Counted from the stretch's first letter, positions 21,456-32,280 are shown. The stretch: 64,000 nucleotides of DNA from Spirochaetaceae bacterium (GCA_965224705.1 OZ245056.1:480001-544000); one strand, 5' to 3'. The notes: generated by a model from the letters alone, not told the origin. Program-made: numbers and translations.

Positions 21456-21736
21456 GGGTGCCTCCCCCAGATTCAACATTAGATGAATTATACTCAACCC
21501 TTATCCGTTGATGCGCTTTGAGAATTGACTCAATCATACTCCAGCCTGGGAGATGGGTCCGCAACTGACCGCCTTTTGGGATCATGCCTTATCCAAAAAA
21601 CCTGACTAAATGACCGGTCCGCGTATTGTAGGGATGCTCCCGGAGCGGGTGAATGGGACTGCCAGATCACCGAGTGCCTGCTGAAGCGTGGAAATAGAAT
21701 TGGGTGCCCATTGATGAAATTGGCTTTCCCAAACTG

Positions 21737-22138
21737 TCAGGATTGATTTGACAGTGTATAAGAAAAATCGTAGGTATGCTTGCCGTTTTCATCAACGTCG
21801 ATGGACATTGACCCGGTTAATCCAGCAAAGCCGCCAGTAGCCGAATCGGGGACGACCACAATTGTAAGCTGGTGATTTCCCTGACTCATCACGCCGTTAT
21901 GCTGTAAGATAAATGTGCCGGAACGGCCGTTTAACTCCCCCTCCACCTCCTCTATCGCCACATATCCGGCAGAGCCTTTGGCTTGCGTCAGCGCAGTTAG
22001 CATTTGTCCCTTGCTTGTTCCTTGTAAATCTCCGTAAAACTGCTTATCTATCAAATTTCGTCCTGGTATTTCTCGCGCCGCGTCATCAGATTCCATGGGA
22101 GTTATTTTCACATCAAACGTGCCTTCTGCGTGATTCAT
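21737..22138 (-). CDS. DUF3224 family protein
   Basis: GSAGYVAIE, GTFILQH, VVPDSATG; start MNHAEG after aggag. Confidence 0.8.
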   Translation of the reverse strand: MNHAEGTFDVKITPMESDDAAREIPGRNLIDKQFYGDLQGTSKGQMLTALTQAKGSAGYVAIEEVEGELNGRSGTFILQHNGVMSQGNHQLTIVVVPDSATGGFAGLTGSMSIDVDENGKHTYDFSYTLSNQS

Positions 22139-22244
22139 AAATTCTCCTTTATCTATGATTGAAGTTTCGTCCATACCCTCGTCCTTTTAAACGGAATTCG
22201 CTGACTTGAACGACCTTTTATCAATGAACTCGCACCATATCAAA

Positions 22245-22727
22245 TCATTCCTCAATGAGAGGGCGGTTAAGTTCTGTTTGAAATCTGGCCGGATCAGAAG
22301 GCAAATCGGGATAATCCAGATAGATTCCCCAAAGGTCGGAAGCAGGTGTCAGTCCTTCCGCCTCTATCCATGACATAGACGCCTCCCATGCAGCTGGCAA
22401 TCCTTCATACGGACCATGGTATACAGTGCGTGGTGTTACCTTCCTCACAGCCAGTTGGCTTGACATTACACGTCCCGCAGGCGGGACAGACTTGTCGACG
22501 GGGGAACCAATTTCGAAATCAAAAATATCAGGGTCTATTTTGAAGTGATGCGCAAAAGTGGGGCCTGCGGGGAAGATGCCCTGGGCTCCAGGAGTATCAA
22601 TTAGCTCAGAAACGGCTGGACCCATTTCTTTTTGCATGTCGGAACGGGGGATGGACAGGTGGATAATCGCTGTTTCCCGCACATCTGTTTGTAGAAGTCG
22701 GGGTTTATCAATCATTTTTCTCTCCAT
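22245..22727 (-). CDS. GyrI-like effector-binding domain protein
   Basis: YHGPYEGLPAAW, TELNRPL. Confidence 0.8.
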   Translation of the reverse strand: MERKMIDKPRLLQTDVRETAIIHLSIPRSDMQKEMGPAVSELIDTPGAQGIFPAGPTFAHHFKIDPDIFDFEIGSPVDKSVPPAGRVMSSQLAVRKVTPRTVYHGPYEGLPAAWEASMSWIEAEGLTPASDLWGIYLDYPDLPSDPARFQTELNRPLIEE

Positions 22728-22878
22728 TTCTCAGGAAATCATGCTTGGCTATTAAGTCTTTCGGCCAACAGTATAAAAGAAGATCTGTTCTGCTGTCAAG
22801 AAAACGAATTGCCTCCCTGCAGGCCAGGTGCAAATGTGACCGGGGTTTAACTGTATCAAAATAACACAACGAAGCGCA

Positions 22879-22979
22879 GGGGGATTCTCAAGGGGGAACA
22901 CCCCCTTGAGTCGTGTTTTTCTTTGTTAAACTTTCTTTTTGTCGAAAAAAAAGAAAGTTTAGGCCCAGCGGCCCGAGCG
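22879..22979 (+). repeat. About 100-bp structured repeat, copy 1 of 4 (others 24838-24937, 26801-26901, 27172-27273)
   Basis: Hairpins ctcaaggggg..cccccttgag and aaactttcttttt..aaaaagaaagttt; precedes each unit of the tandem array. Confidence 0.9.
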
Positions 22980-23013
22980 ACCACCCACAAAACCATGCTA
23001 TGCTAAAGACGTT

Positions 23014-24786
23014 ATGAAAAAGAATCTGACTCAGGGCATCACCGATTTTAAGGAATTCATCGACAATAACTGCTACTTTGTCGATAAAACCCGTCTCATA
23101 GAGCATCTTATCAATGACCCCAGCAAGGTGCACCTCATAACCCGCCCCCGGCGCTTTGGCAAAACCCTGAACCTCAGCATGATCCGCTACTTCTTCGAGG
23201 CCCCACCACTGCACGGCGACCGCGGCGTTAGCAGCGAAGCCTCCACCGAAGAGCCGCCCAATGCTGAGCTGTTCAACGGCATGTCCATCGCAGAACACCC
23301 CCGGTGCCATGAATACATGGGACAGTATCCGGTGATACACTTGAGTTTTAAGGATGCCAAGGGTTCTTCGTATACGGAGTGCATGGGGATTATCAGGAAA
23401 ATGCTCTCCAATGAATACCGCAGGCATCAATACTTGTGGAATTCCGGCATACTGGAAGACAGGGAACGGATAAAATTTGAAAATTTTCTGTACGATGAGG
23501 GCACGGATCAGGACTGCGCCCAATCCATTGAATATCTCTCCGCCTGGCTGAAGCGCGCCTACGGCAAACCGGTCTACATCCTTCTGGATGAGTACGACAC
23601 CCCGCTGCACGCCGCCTACACCGACAAATTCTACGATGAGATGATCGCCTTCATCCGAAGCTTCATGGTGCAGAGCTTCAAGGACAACCCCAATTTGAAG
23701 CAGGCGGTGGTCATCGGCATACTCAAAGTGGCTCAGGAGAGCATCTTCAGCGACTTCAACAATCCGGCAGTGTCCACCCTGCTCGATCCCGAAATGGAGG
23801 ACTGTTTCGGCTTCACGGAACCCGAAGTGGAGGCCATGGCGGACTACTATGGGCTTGGTGACAGGATGGACGGCATCAGGAAATGGTACAACGGTTACAT
23901 CTTCGGCGGGGACACGGTCATCTACAATCCCTGGAGCATAGTCAACTACCTCAGGAGGCCATCGACTGGGCTGCGTCCCTACTGGGTGCACACCAGCGCC
24001 AACAGGATGGTTAAGGAAACGCTGCAGCTGAACAAAAGGGACAGCCGGGAAACCATGGAAAGGCTGCTCAGAGGAGAGGAAGTGAGGCGTGAGGTGGCAC
24101 TCAACATCGTCTACCCGCAGATACGGACCCGCCCGGATGTGGCGTGGAGTTTCCTTCTCCACGGCGGTTATCTCAAGGCCAGCGAAAGGCAGCAGCACGA
24201 GATAATCCAGGACTACCGGCTGGATATTCCCAACCGCGAAGTACGCTATTCCTACATGACCACAATCAAGGACTGGCTGGAGGAGGATGTGGAGGCGGGC
24301 GAGTCCTTTCATTCCTTTATCCGCGGCATCAGGGAGGGAAATGCCGCCCTGATCGAGAGGGGTCTGGGGAAGGTTCTCCTGAGCATGGCCAGTTATTACG
24401 ACACCGCCGGCGAAGACGAGGAACTGGAGCGGGTGGAGGGCTTCTACCACGGTCTGGTGCTGGGGATGCTGGCCTACCTGAGCGGCGAGTACAGGGTGGA
24501 GAGCAATCGGGAATGCGGCATGGGCCGCCCCGACATCGTATTGATTCAACACGGCCCTGGGCGACCCGCTCATGTTCTGCTGTTCGAGTTCAAACGGGAG
24601 TCTTCCACCGGAACCACGCCGCTAAATAAGCTGGCGCAGGAAGCCTATTCCCAGGCGGAGCAAAAATATCTGGAGGGGGCACGGGAGAAGTGGAACCCGG
24701 AGGAAATTGTCATCTATGGGGTGGGCTTTCGCGGTAAGAAACTGGCTCTGGAGGTAGGCGGGGAGGCGCTTCACCCCCAGCTCTGA
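23014..24786 (+). CDS. AAA-ATPase-like + PD-(D/E)XK nuclease protein
   Basis: RPRRFGKT, LLDEYD, SNRECGMGRPD...FEFK. Confidence 0.9.
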   Translation: MKKNLTQGITDFKEFIDNNCYFVDKTRLIEHLINDPSKVHLITRPRRFGKTLNLSMIRYFFEAPPLHGDRGVSSEASTEEPPNAELFNGMSIAEHPRCHEYMGQYPVIHLSFKDAKGSSYTECMGIIRKMLSNEYRRHQYLWNSGILEDRERIKFENFLYDEGTDQDCAQSIEYLSAWLKRAYGKPVYILLDEYDTPLHAAYTDKFYDEMIAFIRSFMVQSFKDNPNLKQAVVIGILKVAQESIFSDFNNPAVSTLLDPEMEDCFGFTEPEVEAMADYYGLGDRMDGIRKWYNGYIFGGDTVIYNPWSIVNYLRRPSTGLRPYWVHTSANRMVKETLQLNKRDSRETMERLLRGEEVRREVALNIVYPQIRTRPDVAWSFLLHGGYLKASERQQHEIIQDYRLDIPNREVRYSYMTTIKDWLEEDVEAGESFHSFIRGIREGNAALIERGLGKVLLSMASYYDTAGEDEELERVEGFYHGLVLGMLAYLSGEYRVESNRECGMGRPDIVLIQHGPGRPAHVLLFEFKRESSTGTTPLNKLAQEAYSQAEQKYLEGAREKWNPEEIVIYGVGFRGKKLALEVGGEALHPQL

Positions 24787-24971
24787 GTGTAGGGTTGGCC
24801 CGCATACGGCGTAAAAAGCCGCTTTTCACGGAACACAGGGGGGATTCTCAAGGGGGACACCCCCTTGAGTCGTATTTTTCTTTGTTAAACTTTCTTTTTG
24901 TCAAAAAAAAGAAAGTTTAGGCCCAGCGGCCCGAGCGACCACTCACAAAACCATGCTATGCTAAAGACGTC

Positions 24972-26753
24972 ATGAAAAAGAATCTGACTCAGGGCATCAC
25001 CGATTTCAAGAAATTCATCGACAATGATTGCTACTTTGTCGATAAAACCCGTCTCATAGCGCATCTTATCAATGACCCCAGCGAAGTGCACCTCATCACC
25101 CGCCCCCGCCGCTTCGGTAAAACCCTGAACCTGAGCATGATCCGCTACTTCTTTGAAGCCCCGCCACTGCACGGCAACAGCGGCGTTAGCAGCGAAGCCC
25201 CCACCGAAGAGCCGCCCAATGCCTCATTGTTTAATGACATGTCCATATCAAAACACCCCCGATGCCGCGAATACATGGGCCAATATCCGGTGATACACTT
25301 AAGCTTCAAGAACGTAAAAAAATCGAATCATGAAGATTGCATGGTACTTATCAAAGATATGCTCTCCGATGAATTCCGTAGACATCAATACTTGCAAAAC
25401 TCCGGCATGTTGGAAGACAGGGAACGGACAAAATTTGAAAAAATTCTGTACGATGAGGGCACGGATCAGGATTGTACCCAATCCATAAAACACCTCTCCT
25501 CCTGGCTCCATCGTGCCTACGGAAAACCGGTCTACATTCTTCTGGACGAGTACGACACCCCGCTGCACGCCGCCTACACCGACAACTTCTACGATGAGAT
25601 GATCGCCTTCATCCGCAGCTTCATGGTGCAGAGCTTCAAGGATAACCCCAATTTGAAGCAGGCGGTGGTTATCGGGATACTCAAAGTGGCCCAGGAGAGC
25701 ATCTTCAGCGACTTCAATAACCCGGCGGTGTCCACCGTGCTGAGCGACGCCATGAAGGATTGCTTTGGCTTCACGGAACCCGAAGTGGAAGAAATGGCCG
25801 CCTATTTCGGGCAGGAGTCCAGACTGGACGGCATTCGTCAATGGTACAACGGCTACATCTTCGGCGGCGACACGGTCATCTACAATCCCTGGAGTCTCGT
25901 GAGCTATTTCCGAAACATCAAGGACGGACTTCTGCCCTACTGGGTGCACACCAGTGCCAACAGGATGGTCAAGGAAACGCTGCAGCTGAACAAAAGGGAC
26001 AGCCGGGAAACCATTGAGGGGCTGCTCAGAGGAGAGGAAGTGAGACGGGAGGTTGCGGTCAACATCGTTTACCCGCAGATACGAACCCGCCCGGATGTGG
26101 CGTGGAGTTTCCTGCTCCACGGCGGCTACCTGAAGGCTGATGAGCGGCAACAAGTCCACACCTCCATAACCCACCGGCTTTCCATTCCCAATCTGGAAGT
26201 GACGGTGGTCTACGAAAAGGTGATTCGGGACTGGTTAGAGGAGGATGTGGAGGCGGGTGAGTCCTTTCATTTCTTCATCCGCGGCATCAGGGAAAGGAAT
26301 GCTGCCCTGATTGAGAGGGGGCTTGGGAAGGTTCTCCTGAGCATGGCCAGTTATTACGACACCGCTGATGCCGCTGGCGAAGACGAGGAAATGGAGCGGG
26401 TGGAGGGCTTCTACCACGGTCTGGTATTGGGAATGCTTGCCTACCTGAGCGGCGAGTACAGTGTGGAGAGCAACCGGGAATGCGGCATGGGCCGCCCCGA
26501 CATCGTATTGATTCAACGCAGCTCCGGGCGACCCGGTCATGTTCTGCTGTTCGAGTTCAAACGGGAACCTGCCGCCGGAACCACGCCGCTCAAGCAGCTG
26601 GCACAGGAGGCCCATACCCAGGCGGAGCAAAAATACCTGAAGGGGGCGCGGGAAAAGTGGAACCCGGAAAAGATTGTCATCTACGGTGTAGGCTTTCGCG
26701 GCAAGACACTGGCTCTGGAGGCAGGCGGAGGGACGCTTCGCGCCCAGTTCTGA
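24972..26753 (+). CDS. AAA-ATPase-like + PD-(D/E)XK nuclease protein (tandem paralogue)
   Basis: Same motifs; highly similar to 23014-24786. Confidence 0.9.
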   Translation: MKKNLTQGITDFKKFIDNDCYFVDKTRLIAHLINDPSEVHLITRPRRFGKTLNLSMIRYFFEAPPLHGNSGVSSEAPTEEPPNASLFNDMSISKHPRCREYMGQYPVIHLSFKNVKKSNHEDCMVLIKDMLSDEFRRHQYLQNSGMLEDRERTKFEKILYDEGTDQDCTQSIKHLSSWLHRAYGKPVYILLDEYDTPLHAAYTDNFYDEMIAFIRSFMVQSFKDNPNLKQAVVIGILKVAQESIFSDFNNPAVSTVLSDAMKDCFGFTEPEVEEMAAYFGQESRLDGIRQWYNGYIFGGDTVIYNPWSLVSYFRNIKDGLLPYWVHTSANRMVKETLQLNKRDSRETIEGLLRGEEVRREVAVNIVYPQIRTRPDVAWSFLLHGGYLKADERQQVHTSITHRLSIPNLEVTVVYEKVIRDWLEEDVEAGESFHFFIRGIRERNAALIERGLGKVLLSMASYYDTADAAGEDEEMERVEGFYHGLVLGMLAYLSGEYSVESNRECGMGRPDIVLIQRSSGRPGHVLLFEFKREPAAGTTPLKQLAQEAHTQAEQKYLKGAREKWNPEKIVIYGVGFRGKTLALEAGGGTLRAQF

Positions 26754-26901
26754 GTTGACCCGCATACGGCGTTAAAAAAGCCGCTTTTCACAAAGTGCAT
26801 GGGGGATTCTCAAGGGGGTGCCCCCCCTTGAGTCGTATTTTTCTTTGTTAAACTTTCTTTTTGTCGAAAAAAAAGAAAGTTTAGGCCCAGCGGCCCGAGC
26901 G

Positions 26902-27120
26902 CCTCATGTTCTGCTGTTCGAGTTCAAACGGGAACCTGCCGCCGGAACCACACCGCTGAAGCAGTTGGCACAAAAGGCCTATTCCCAGGTGGAGCAAAAA
27001 TACCTGGAGGGAGCGCAGGAGAAGTGGAATCCGGAAAGGATTATCATCTACGGGGTGGGATTTCGCGGTAAGGAACTGGCTCTGGAGGCAGGCGGAGGGG
27101 CGCTTCACCCCCAGTTCTGA
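26902..27120 (+). pseudogene. C-terminal fragment of AAA-PD-(D/E)XK gene
   Basis: HVLLFEFKRE...GALHPQF fused directly to the upstream repeat. Confidence 0.85.
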
Positions 27121-27273
27121 GTGTAGGGTTGGCCCGCATACGGCATAAAAAGCCGCTTTTTACAGAGCGCAGGGGGGATTCTCAAGGGGGGACACCCCCT
27201 TGAGTCGTATTTTTCTTTGTTAAACTTTCTTTTTGTCGAAAAAAAAGAAAGTTTAGGCCCAGCGGCCCGAGCG

Positions 27274-27489
27274 CCTCATGTTCTGCTGTTTGAGTTCAAA
27301 CGGGAGCCTGCCGCCGGAACCACGCCGCTCAAGGAACTGGCGCAGGAGGCCCATACCCAGGCGGAGCAAAAATACCTGGAGGGGGCACAGGAGAAGTGGA
27401 ACCCGGAAAGGATTATCATCTACGGGGTGGGATTTCGCGGCAAGGCACTGGCTCTGGAGGCAGGCGGGGAGAACGAAGCTCCCCCATGA
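27274..27489 (+). pseudogene. C-terminal fragment of AAA-PD-(D/E)XK gene
   Basis: Same junction as the previous fragment, different alleles. Confidence 0.85.
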
Positions 27490-27577
27490 AGTCTGCGTCA
27501 ACCGCTTCAAAGCGGTCCGTGCCCGTCCCCTGTCCTATGAAGAGGGAAAGCGTTACCCCCCCAACCACTGGCAATCC

Positions 27578-29380
27578 CTAGCTAATTAATACAATAGCAT
27601 AAAGATACCAGACCGCATGAGGCAGCCACTGCTCACTCCACCGCCATCGGTGGTCTCCCTGACCGCTTATCGCAGGCGGCAAAAAATCGATGTCCGCCTC
27701 ATCCTCAAATCCCGATGTTATTCCGTTGCATATCCCCCCATAGGCATTGGGAAAATCCTCCTCATATTCAGGATTATTCCTGCCGAAACCGTGCAGCATA
27801 CACACATCGAATGGATTTAATCCAAGGATCCAGTCAATTGAGTCTGCCGCGAGTTTGTTTAACTTATTCCGCAACTCCTGGCCGGTGGAAGAAAGGGCGG
27901 CAGCCATCTTCGCCGCGGCCGATATTGAAGCAATTCGGGCATTCTCACCCTGCCACCAGTAGCCGGTTTCGTTACGATGGGGCATGAAGAATGCGCCTTT
28001 TTTTTCACCCCCCAGGGGGCGCACATATTGACGCGGATAGCCGAAAGGATTTTTCACTTCCCCTGTTATAGCAAGAATGAATTCCAGATGAGTAATCGCG
28101 GTATTGACCGCATCCGAGGCAAAAGCCGGATCTGTCTCATAATCCGCATAGGTGAGGAGGGCAATGATCGGAAGGCCCGCATCGGAGGCGTGAAAAAAGG
28201 GACGATCACCGGAACTGTCAGAGGAAAACCATCCCCGATAATGCTCGTCCCCCCTTAGTTTAAGGGCGAGGGCACGGCTTCTCTCTCTGGCGGCATGAAG
28301 ATAGGTTGACTTCTCCGTGGTCTTCCACAATTCCGATGCAGCAAGGAGGGCGCAGTAATCGTCGATGATGTTTTCTTTCCCATCTTCATTGCATACTTTA
28401 TTGAATTCCTTAAGATACTGAAAGCCTGTTTCCGCGGCTTCCAGGTATTTTGAAAATTCGGCTTCCCCTTCATATTCTGATTCTGAGAAAAGCGGATCAT
28501 CCTTCAGAGAATACAGCCTTGCCAGAGCCGCAATTGCCATTCCTCCCCCTTTTCGAAATCCCGACCTATAGTTTTCATCTTTAATGCCCTCCATACCGCG
28601 AAACGCGCAGATAAAGCGTTTTGACGGATCCTTGGACCAATTGTCGAAAACGCTTGAATAAAACCAGCCCTCCCCGTCCTGCATTCGGCAGAGAAAATCG
28701 GCACCGTAGCGGGCCTCTTCCAGCATCCTCTGTCTCAGGTTTTTCCCGATCACGTTACAACCTGAGGGAGCCGAGTTTCCCGAAATATGGGTATAGCTTT
28801 TTAGAAGACTCCATACAACCAGAGGGCTTTGCTGGGGATTGAAATAGAGGGCATATGAAAGATGTGAAAAATACTTGCTCACATCTCCCGAGGCATCGTA
28901 CCAGCCGCCGTGGACATCCACCCTATCCCCTCTCTCACCGTAGAACGGAATACTCCGGTCAGCGGCATCATAATCACCGCCGCAGCGTTGAGATCGGAGG
29001 TATTTGATTATTCCCGGCAGTGTTTTTTGAATGATCACTCCCCGCCCGATTCTAAAAGGCTCGGATACGCACTCCTTTGTCTTCGGCCTATTGGGATTAT
29101 CCCAGGCGCCATCGGGCCGGTCGGCACATACGGTGAGTCTGTAATGCCCTGGTTTATCAAGAGAGCTGAAATCAATGGTGTAGAATATCCAGTTTTTCCA
29201 GTTATGTACCCGTCCGGAGAATTCGGCAAAGCACTCCATGATTACCCGCGACGGTTCTTCGGCATGAGCTATAGTGACCTTGAGGGGCCCCCTCTCCTCG
29301 ACCTCCCCCGCCGTCAGTTTTACCACCGCTTTCTTGGGGCCATCCTGCTCGTAACCGAGATGATTGATCAATATGTCCAT
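27578..29380 (-). CDS. Glycoside hydrolase family 9 (Vibrionaceae exo-glucosaminidase-like)
   Basis: DVHGGWYDASGDVSKY, YWWQGENAR, WSEQWLPH; start MDILINHLGY after ggagg. Confidence 0.85.
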   Translation of the reverse strand: MDILINHLGYEQDGPKKAVVKLTAGEVEERGPLKVTIAHAEEPSRVIMECFAEFSGRVHNWKNWIFYTIDFSSLDKPGHYRLTVCADRPDGAWDNPNRPKTKECVSEPFRIGRGVIIQKTLPGIIKYLRSQRCGGDYDAADRSIPFYGERGDRVDVHGGWYDASGDVSKYFSHLSYALYFNPQQSPLVVWSLLKSYTHISGNSAPSGCNVIGKNLRQRMLEEARYGADFLCRMQDGEGWFYSSVFDNWSKDPSKRFICAFRGMEGIKDENYRSGFRKGGGMAIAALARLYSLKDDPLFSESEYEGEAEFSKYLEAAETGFQYLKEFNKVCNEDGKENIIDDYCALLAASELWKTTEKSTYLHAARERSRALALKLRGDEHYRGWFSSDSSGDRPFFHASDAGLPIIALLTYADYETDPAFASDAVNTAITHLEFILAITGEVKNPFGYPRQYVRPLGGEKKGAFFMPHRNETGYWWQGENARIASISAAAKMAAALSSTGQELRNKLNKLAADSIDWILGLNPFDVCMLHGFGRNNPEYEEDFPNAYGGICNGITSGFEDEADIDFLPPAISGQGDHRWRWSEQWLPHAVWYLYAIVLIS

Positions 29381-29407
29381 GGTGACCTCCACTGACGGCG
29401 CCGACAA

Positions 29408-29565
29408 GTTGGTTCATGAACCAACCAACACCGTTTACCTATACACTTTTCCGGACAGAATTCAAGCCAAATCATGAGAATTCAGGAATTTTCGCCAATA
29501 TTTCCTTGACATCTGGGGAAAACCATGGGACAATCGGGTTGGTTGGTGCAGGAATCAACCAACCC
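29408..29565. promoter_or_regulatory. Divergent promoter region with two candidate ROK operators
   Basis: Palindrome GTTGGTTCATGAACCAAC (29408-25), related GTTGGTGCAGGAATCAAC (29542-59), TTGACA-17-GACAAT at 29506. Confidence 0.6.
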
Positions 29566-29574
29566 GAGAATAAA

Positions 29575-30750
29575 ATGGCTGTATTGAAGCGGACAAAAAT
29601 CATAAACCGATTTCGCATTCTGCGGGAAATCTGGATCAAAAAAGAGATCAGCAGGATCGAGATCGCCCGGACTCTGGATCTGGATAAATCAACCATATCG
29701 CATAATGTGAAAGAGCTGCTTGATATGGGCGTCATCCTTGAATCTTCCGAAGGCGATGCCGGGCCCATGGGGGGCAGGAAGCCGGTCCGCATAACATTGA
29801 ACAAAGACTTCGGCTGTGTCCTGGGAATTGAAATCCGCCCGGAATCCTATACGGCGGTTGCCGTGGATCTGGAAGGGGAGATTATCTACTCCCGTTTTGA
29901 AAAGATGATAATCCGGGGAAGTTCCCTTTCGGAAAGGTTCATGGAGATTGTATCCCTTACAACGGCAGAGTTGAACCGGAAGAATACAATAGTACTGGGC
30001 ATAGGGTTAGGACTTTCCGGAGTCGTGAATGCCGCCAGGGGGGTAATAAAATACTCGATTCCGCTGGAGATTGAAGACAAATTCAATTTCTATGAACTAA
30101 TCGCTTCCAAATTCAATGTTCCGGTCTTTATCGATAACGATGCCAACGCCTGTGTATGGGGGGAACTCGTCTTCCACCGTGTCAAGGACTTACAGAATTT
30201 TGTTTTTCTTCTTCTTGAGTTCAGAGACATTGATCCAAACCTACCCAGTTTTTGTGAAAAGACCGCCCTTGGAATTGGCATTGTGATCAACGGGGCTGTA
30301 CACTACGGACATGATTCCTCGGCGGGGGAATTTCGCAGTATTTTCCGCGATGAGAATTCCAGAGGACAATTCAAACTGACAAGGGACGAACAAAAAATAT
30401 TGGAAGAAGACAGTGAAACGCGAAATAAATTTTTTCGGGAATTGGGTTCTCATGTCGCGCTTTTCGTGAACACCTTCAACTTAAGTCATGTAATTCTCGG
30501 CGGCATCTTTGAGCGGTACGGGAAAGAGGTGACGGAAATATTTGAGGATGAAATCCGGAAAAACTGGGCCTATCCCTATGAGGTGAAGAGACATATCTGG
30601 TTTTCGTCCTTCGGTGACCAGGCGGTAGCCTATGGAGCCGCCGGCATGGTGATCAATAAACTTTTCAGTGATCTGGAGATATTTGAACTGGACAGCGCCT
30701 TGCACGGTGTTTTTCTGACGGAACAGGCGGCTGTGTATGCATCTAGGTGA
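29575..30750 (+). CDS. ROK family transcriptional regulator
   Basis: HTH ISRIEIARTLDLDKSTIS, GGRKP, DNDANA, GIGIVING, AGEF. Confidence 0.9.
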   Translation: MAVLKRTKIINRFRILREIWIKKEISRIEIARTLDLDKSTISHNVKELLDMGVILESSEGDAGPMGGRKPVRITLNKDFGCVLGIEIRPESYTAVAVDLEGEIIYSRFEKMIIRGSSLSERFMEIVSLTTAELNRKNTIVLGIGLGLSGVVNAARGVIKYSIPLEIEDKFNFYELIASKFNVPVFIDNDANACVWGELVFHRVKDLQNFVFLLLEFRDIDPNLPSFCEKTALGIGIVINGAVHYGHDSSAGEFRSIFRDENSRGQFKLTRDEQKILEEDSETRNKFFRELGSHVALFVNTFNLSHVILGGIFERYGKEVTEIFEDEIRKNWAYPYEVKRHIWFSSFGDQAVAYGAAGMVINKLFSDLEIFELDSALHGVFLTEQAAVYASR

Positions 30751-30799
30751 ATTAAAATTTCTTCGTATGGAGAAATAAAAAAATAACGGAGGATAAGTT

Positions 30800-32101
30800 A
30801 TGAAAGAAATTGGAAAAGTCTTGTTTTCAATGGCCATCATTACGGTAATGACGGCAGCGGCAGTATTTGCCGGAGGAAAACAAGAACCCGGCCCGGCAAA
30901 AGAAGAGAAGATCGTTGTCAATGCTATGGGATACGGCAACAATTCAAACCAGGAAGGATTAACATGGGCGCGAATTGTCGAATCTTTTGAAAAAGAGAAT
31001 CCCAACATCGATATCCAGGATGAACTCCTGTACGATCAGGCCTATCATGATAAGGTCGTTGCCCGACTCGCATCCGGCGATATTCCCGATTTAGCCTACA
31101 TGGGTGTTGACGCCCGATGGGGCGCTCCCTGGGTAGAGGCGGGTCAGCAATGGAATCATCGCCCTTTCATGGATGAAAACTACTACGATTTCAGCATGAT
31201 TCCCGACCATGGGCCGAACGGTGAGATCTATGAAGTGCCTCTCCAGTCAGGCAATATGACAACAATCCTTTTCATGAATCAGGCGCTTGTAGAATCCCTT
31301 GGATTCACCAGGCCCGAAACCTATGAGGATATGGTCGCCATGGTGCCCGCGGCAAAAGCCGCCGGAATTGATGTCCTTACCATCGATGGTGCCGACGGCT
31401 GGGCCTGGGGGTCCTGTCTCATGTCGGCTGTCATTGCCAGGATGTCCGGCGATGCGAATTTTGTATCAAAATCAGTGGCCGGGGAATACAAGTTTACCGA
31501 TCAGGCATGGGTGGATGCCCTTGGATTTATTACCAGAATGGTAGACGATGGTGTTCTTGACCCGAAATACGTTACCGTCGATTACGGTGCCAATCAGTCT
31601 GTTTTCGGGAACAAACAGGCCCTCTTCATGGTGCAGGGACATTGGGCGGCCCAGGGTGTTGATCCTGCGGTGCGGGATACGATGCTTTTGCTTCCCTGGC
31701 CGAAACTCCCCGGAGAAAAAGCGGGAATGGCGGGAAGTATTTCCGCAGCCCCCTCGGTTGGATACGGTGTGACGAAAAAAGGCGCTTCCAATCCCGAAGT
31801 ACGTGACGCGGCGCTTAAATTCATCAACTTCTTTTACAGCCATGCTGAAAGTGAACAGCGATTACGGGATGGTGCAATTATCGCCCCTGTCCTGAAAGAT
31901 TTTCAGGTGCCCAGCGATTTGGAAGATTACTCGAAACAGAAAGTCGTCCTCGCACAGAATAATTTAATGACTGAAGTTATCGATTCTTTCTTAAGCGGAG
32001 AGCCCAATAACGCGTTAAACGCAGGAATGCAGAAAATCGCGGCCGGTCAGGCTACCGCCGAAGAAATTGCCGAAGAAGTGGAAAATCTGCTTCGAAACTA
32101 G
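30800..32101 (+). CDS. Carbohydrate ABC substrate-binding protein
   Basis: Signal peptide VFAGGKQE, SGDIPDL; precedes permeases. Confidence 0.88.
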   Translation: MKEIGKVLFSMAIITVMTAAAVFAGGKQEPGPAKEEKIVVNAMGYGNNSNQEGLTWARIVESFEKENPNIDIQDELLYDQAYHDKVVARLASGDIPDLAYMGVDARWGAPWVEAGQQWNHRPFMDENYYDFSMIPDHGPNGEIYEVPLQSGNMTTILFMNQALVESLGFTRPETYEDMVAMVPAAKAAGIDVLTIDGADGWAWGSCLMSAVIARMSGDANFVSKSVAGEYKFTDQAWVDALGFITRMVDDGVLDPKYVTVDYGANQSVFGNKQALFMVQGHWAAQGVDPAVRDTMLLLPWPKLPGEKAGMAGSISAAPSVGYGVTKKGASNPEVRDAALKFINFFYSHAESEQRLRDGAIIAPVLKDFQVPSDLEDYSKQKVVLAQNNLMTEVIDSFLSGEPNNALNAGMQKIAAGQATAEEIAEEVENLLRN

Positions 32102-32263
32102 GGGCCTGTCGGATTTACGTCTCACGGATCGATTTTTGCCCTTTTTCCCTGTTGCTGCGTTGCCAAAATACTCACGTAGCCCAGCTACGCTCCGTTTTTG
32201 TCGCCTTGCATCAGGAAAAAATCATCAAAAATCGCCTCGAAGCCTTAAAATCCGACAGACTCC
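32101..32263. mobile_element. MITE family A, reverse orientation
   Basis: Reverse complement of 4108-4270; inserted at the TA of the SBP stop codon. Confidence 0.85.
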
Positions 32264-32280
32264 CAGGCATTTCCGATCTT

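Noticed and set aside
22888..24573. 561-aa antisense ORF (and similar ones at 25299, 48420, 49902)
   Set aside because: Shadow frames of real genes with GC-rich third positions; no motifs
22879..27273. 100-bp repeats as a CRISPR array or integron attC sites
   Set aside because: Units are separated by genes or gene fragments of one family; no attC core sites recognised and no integrase in the window
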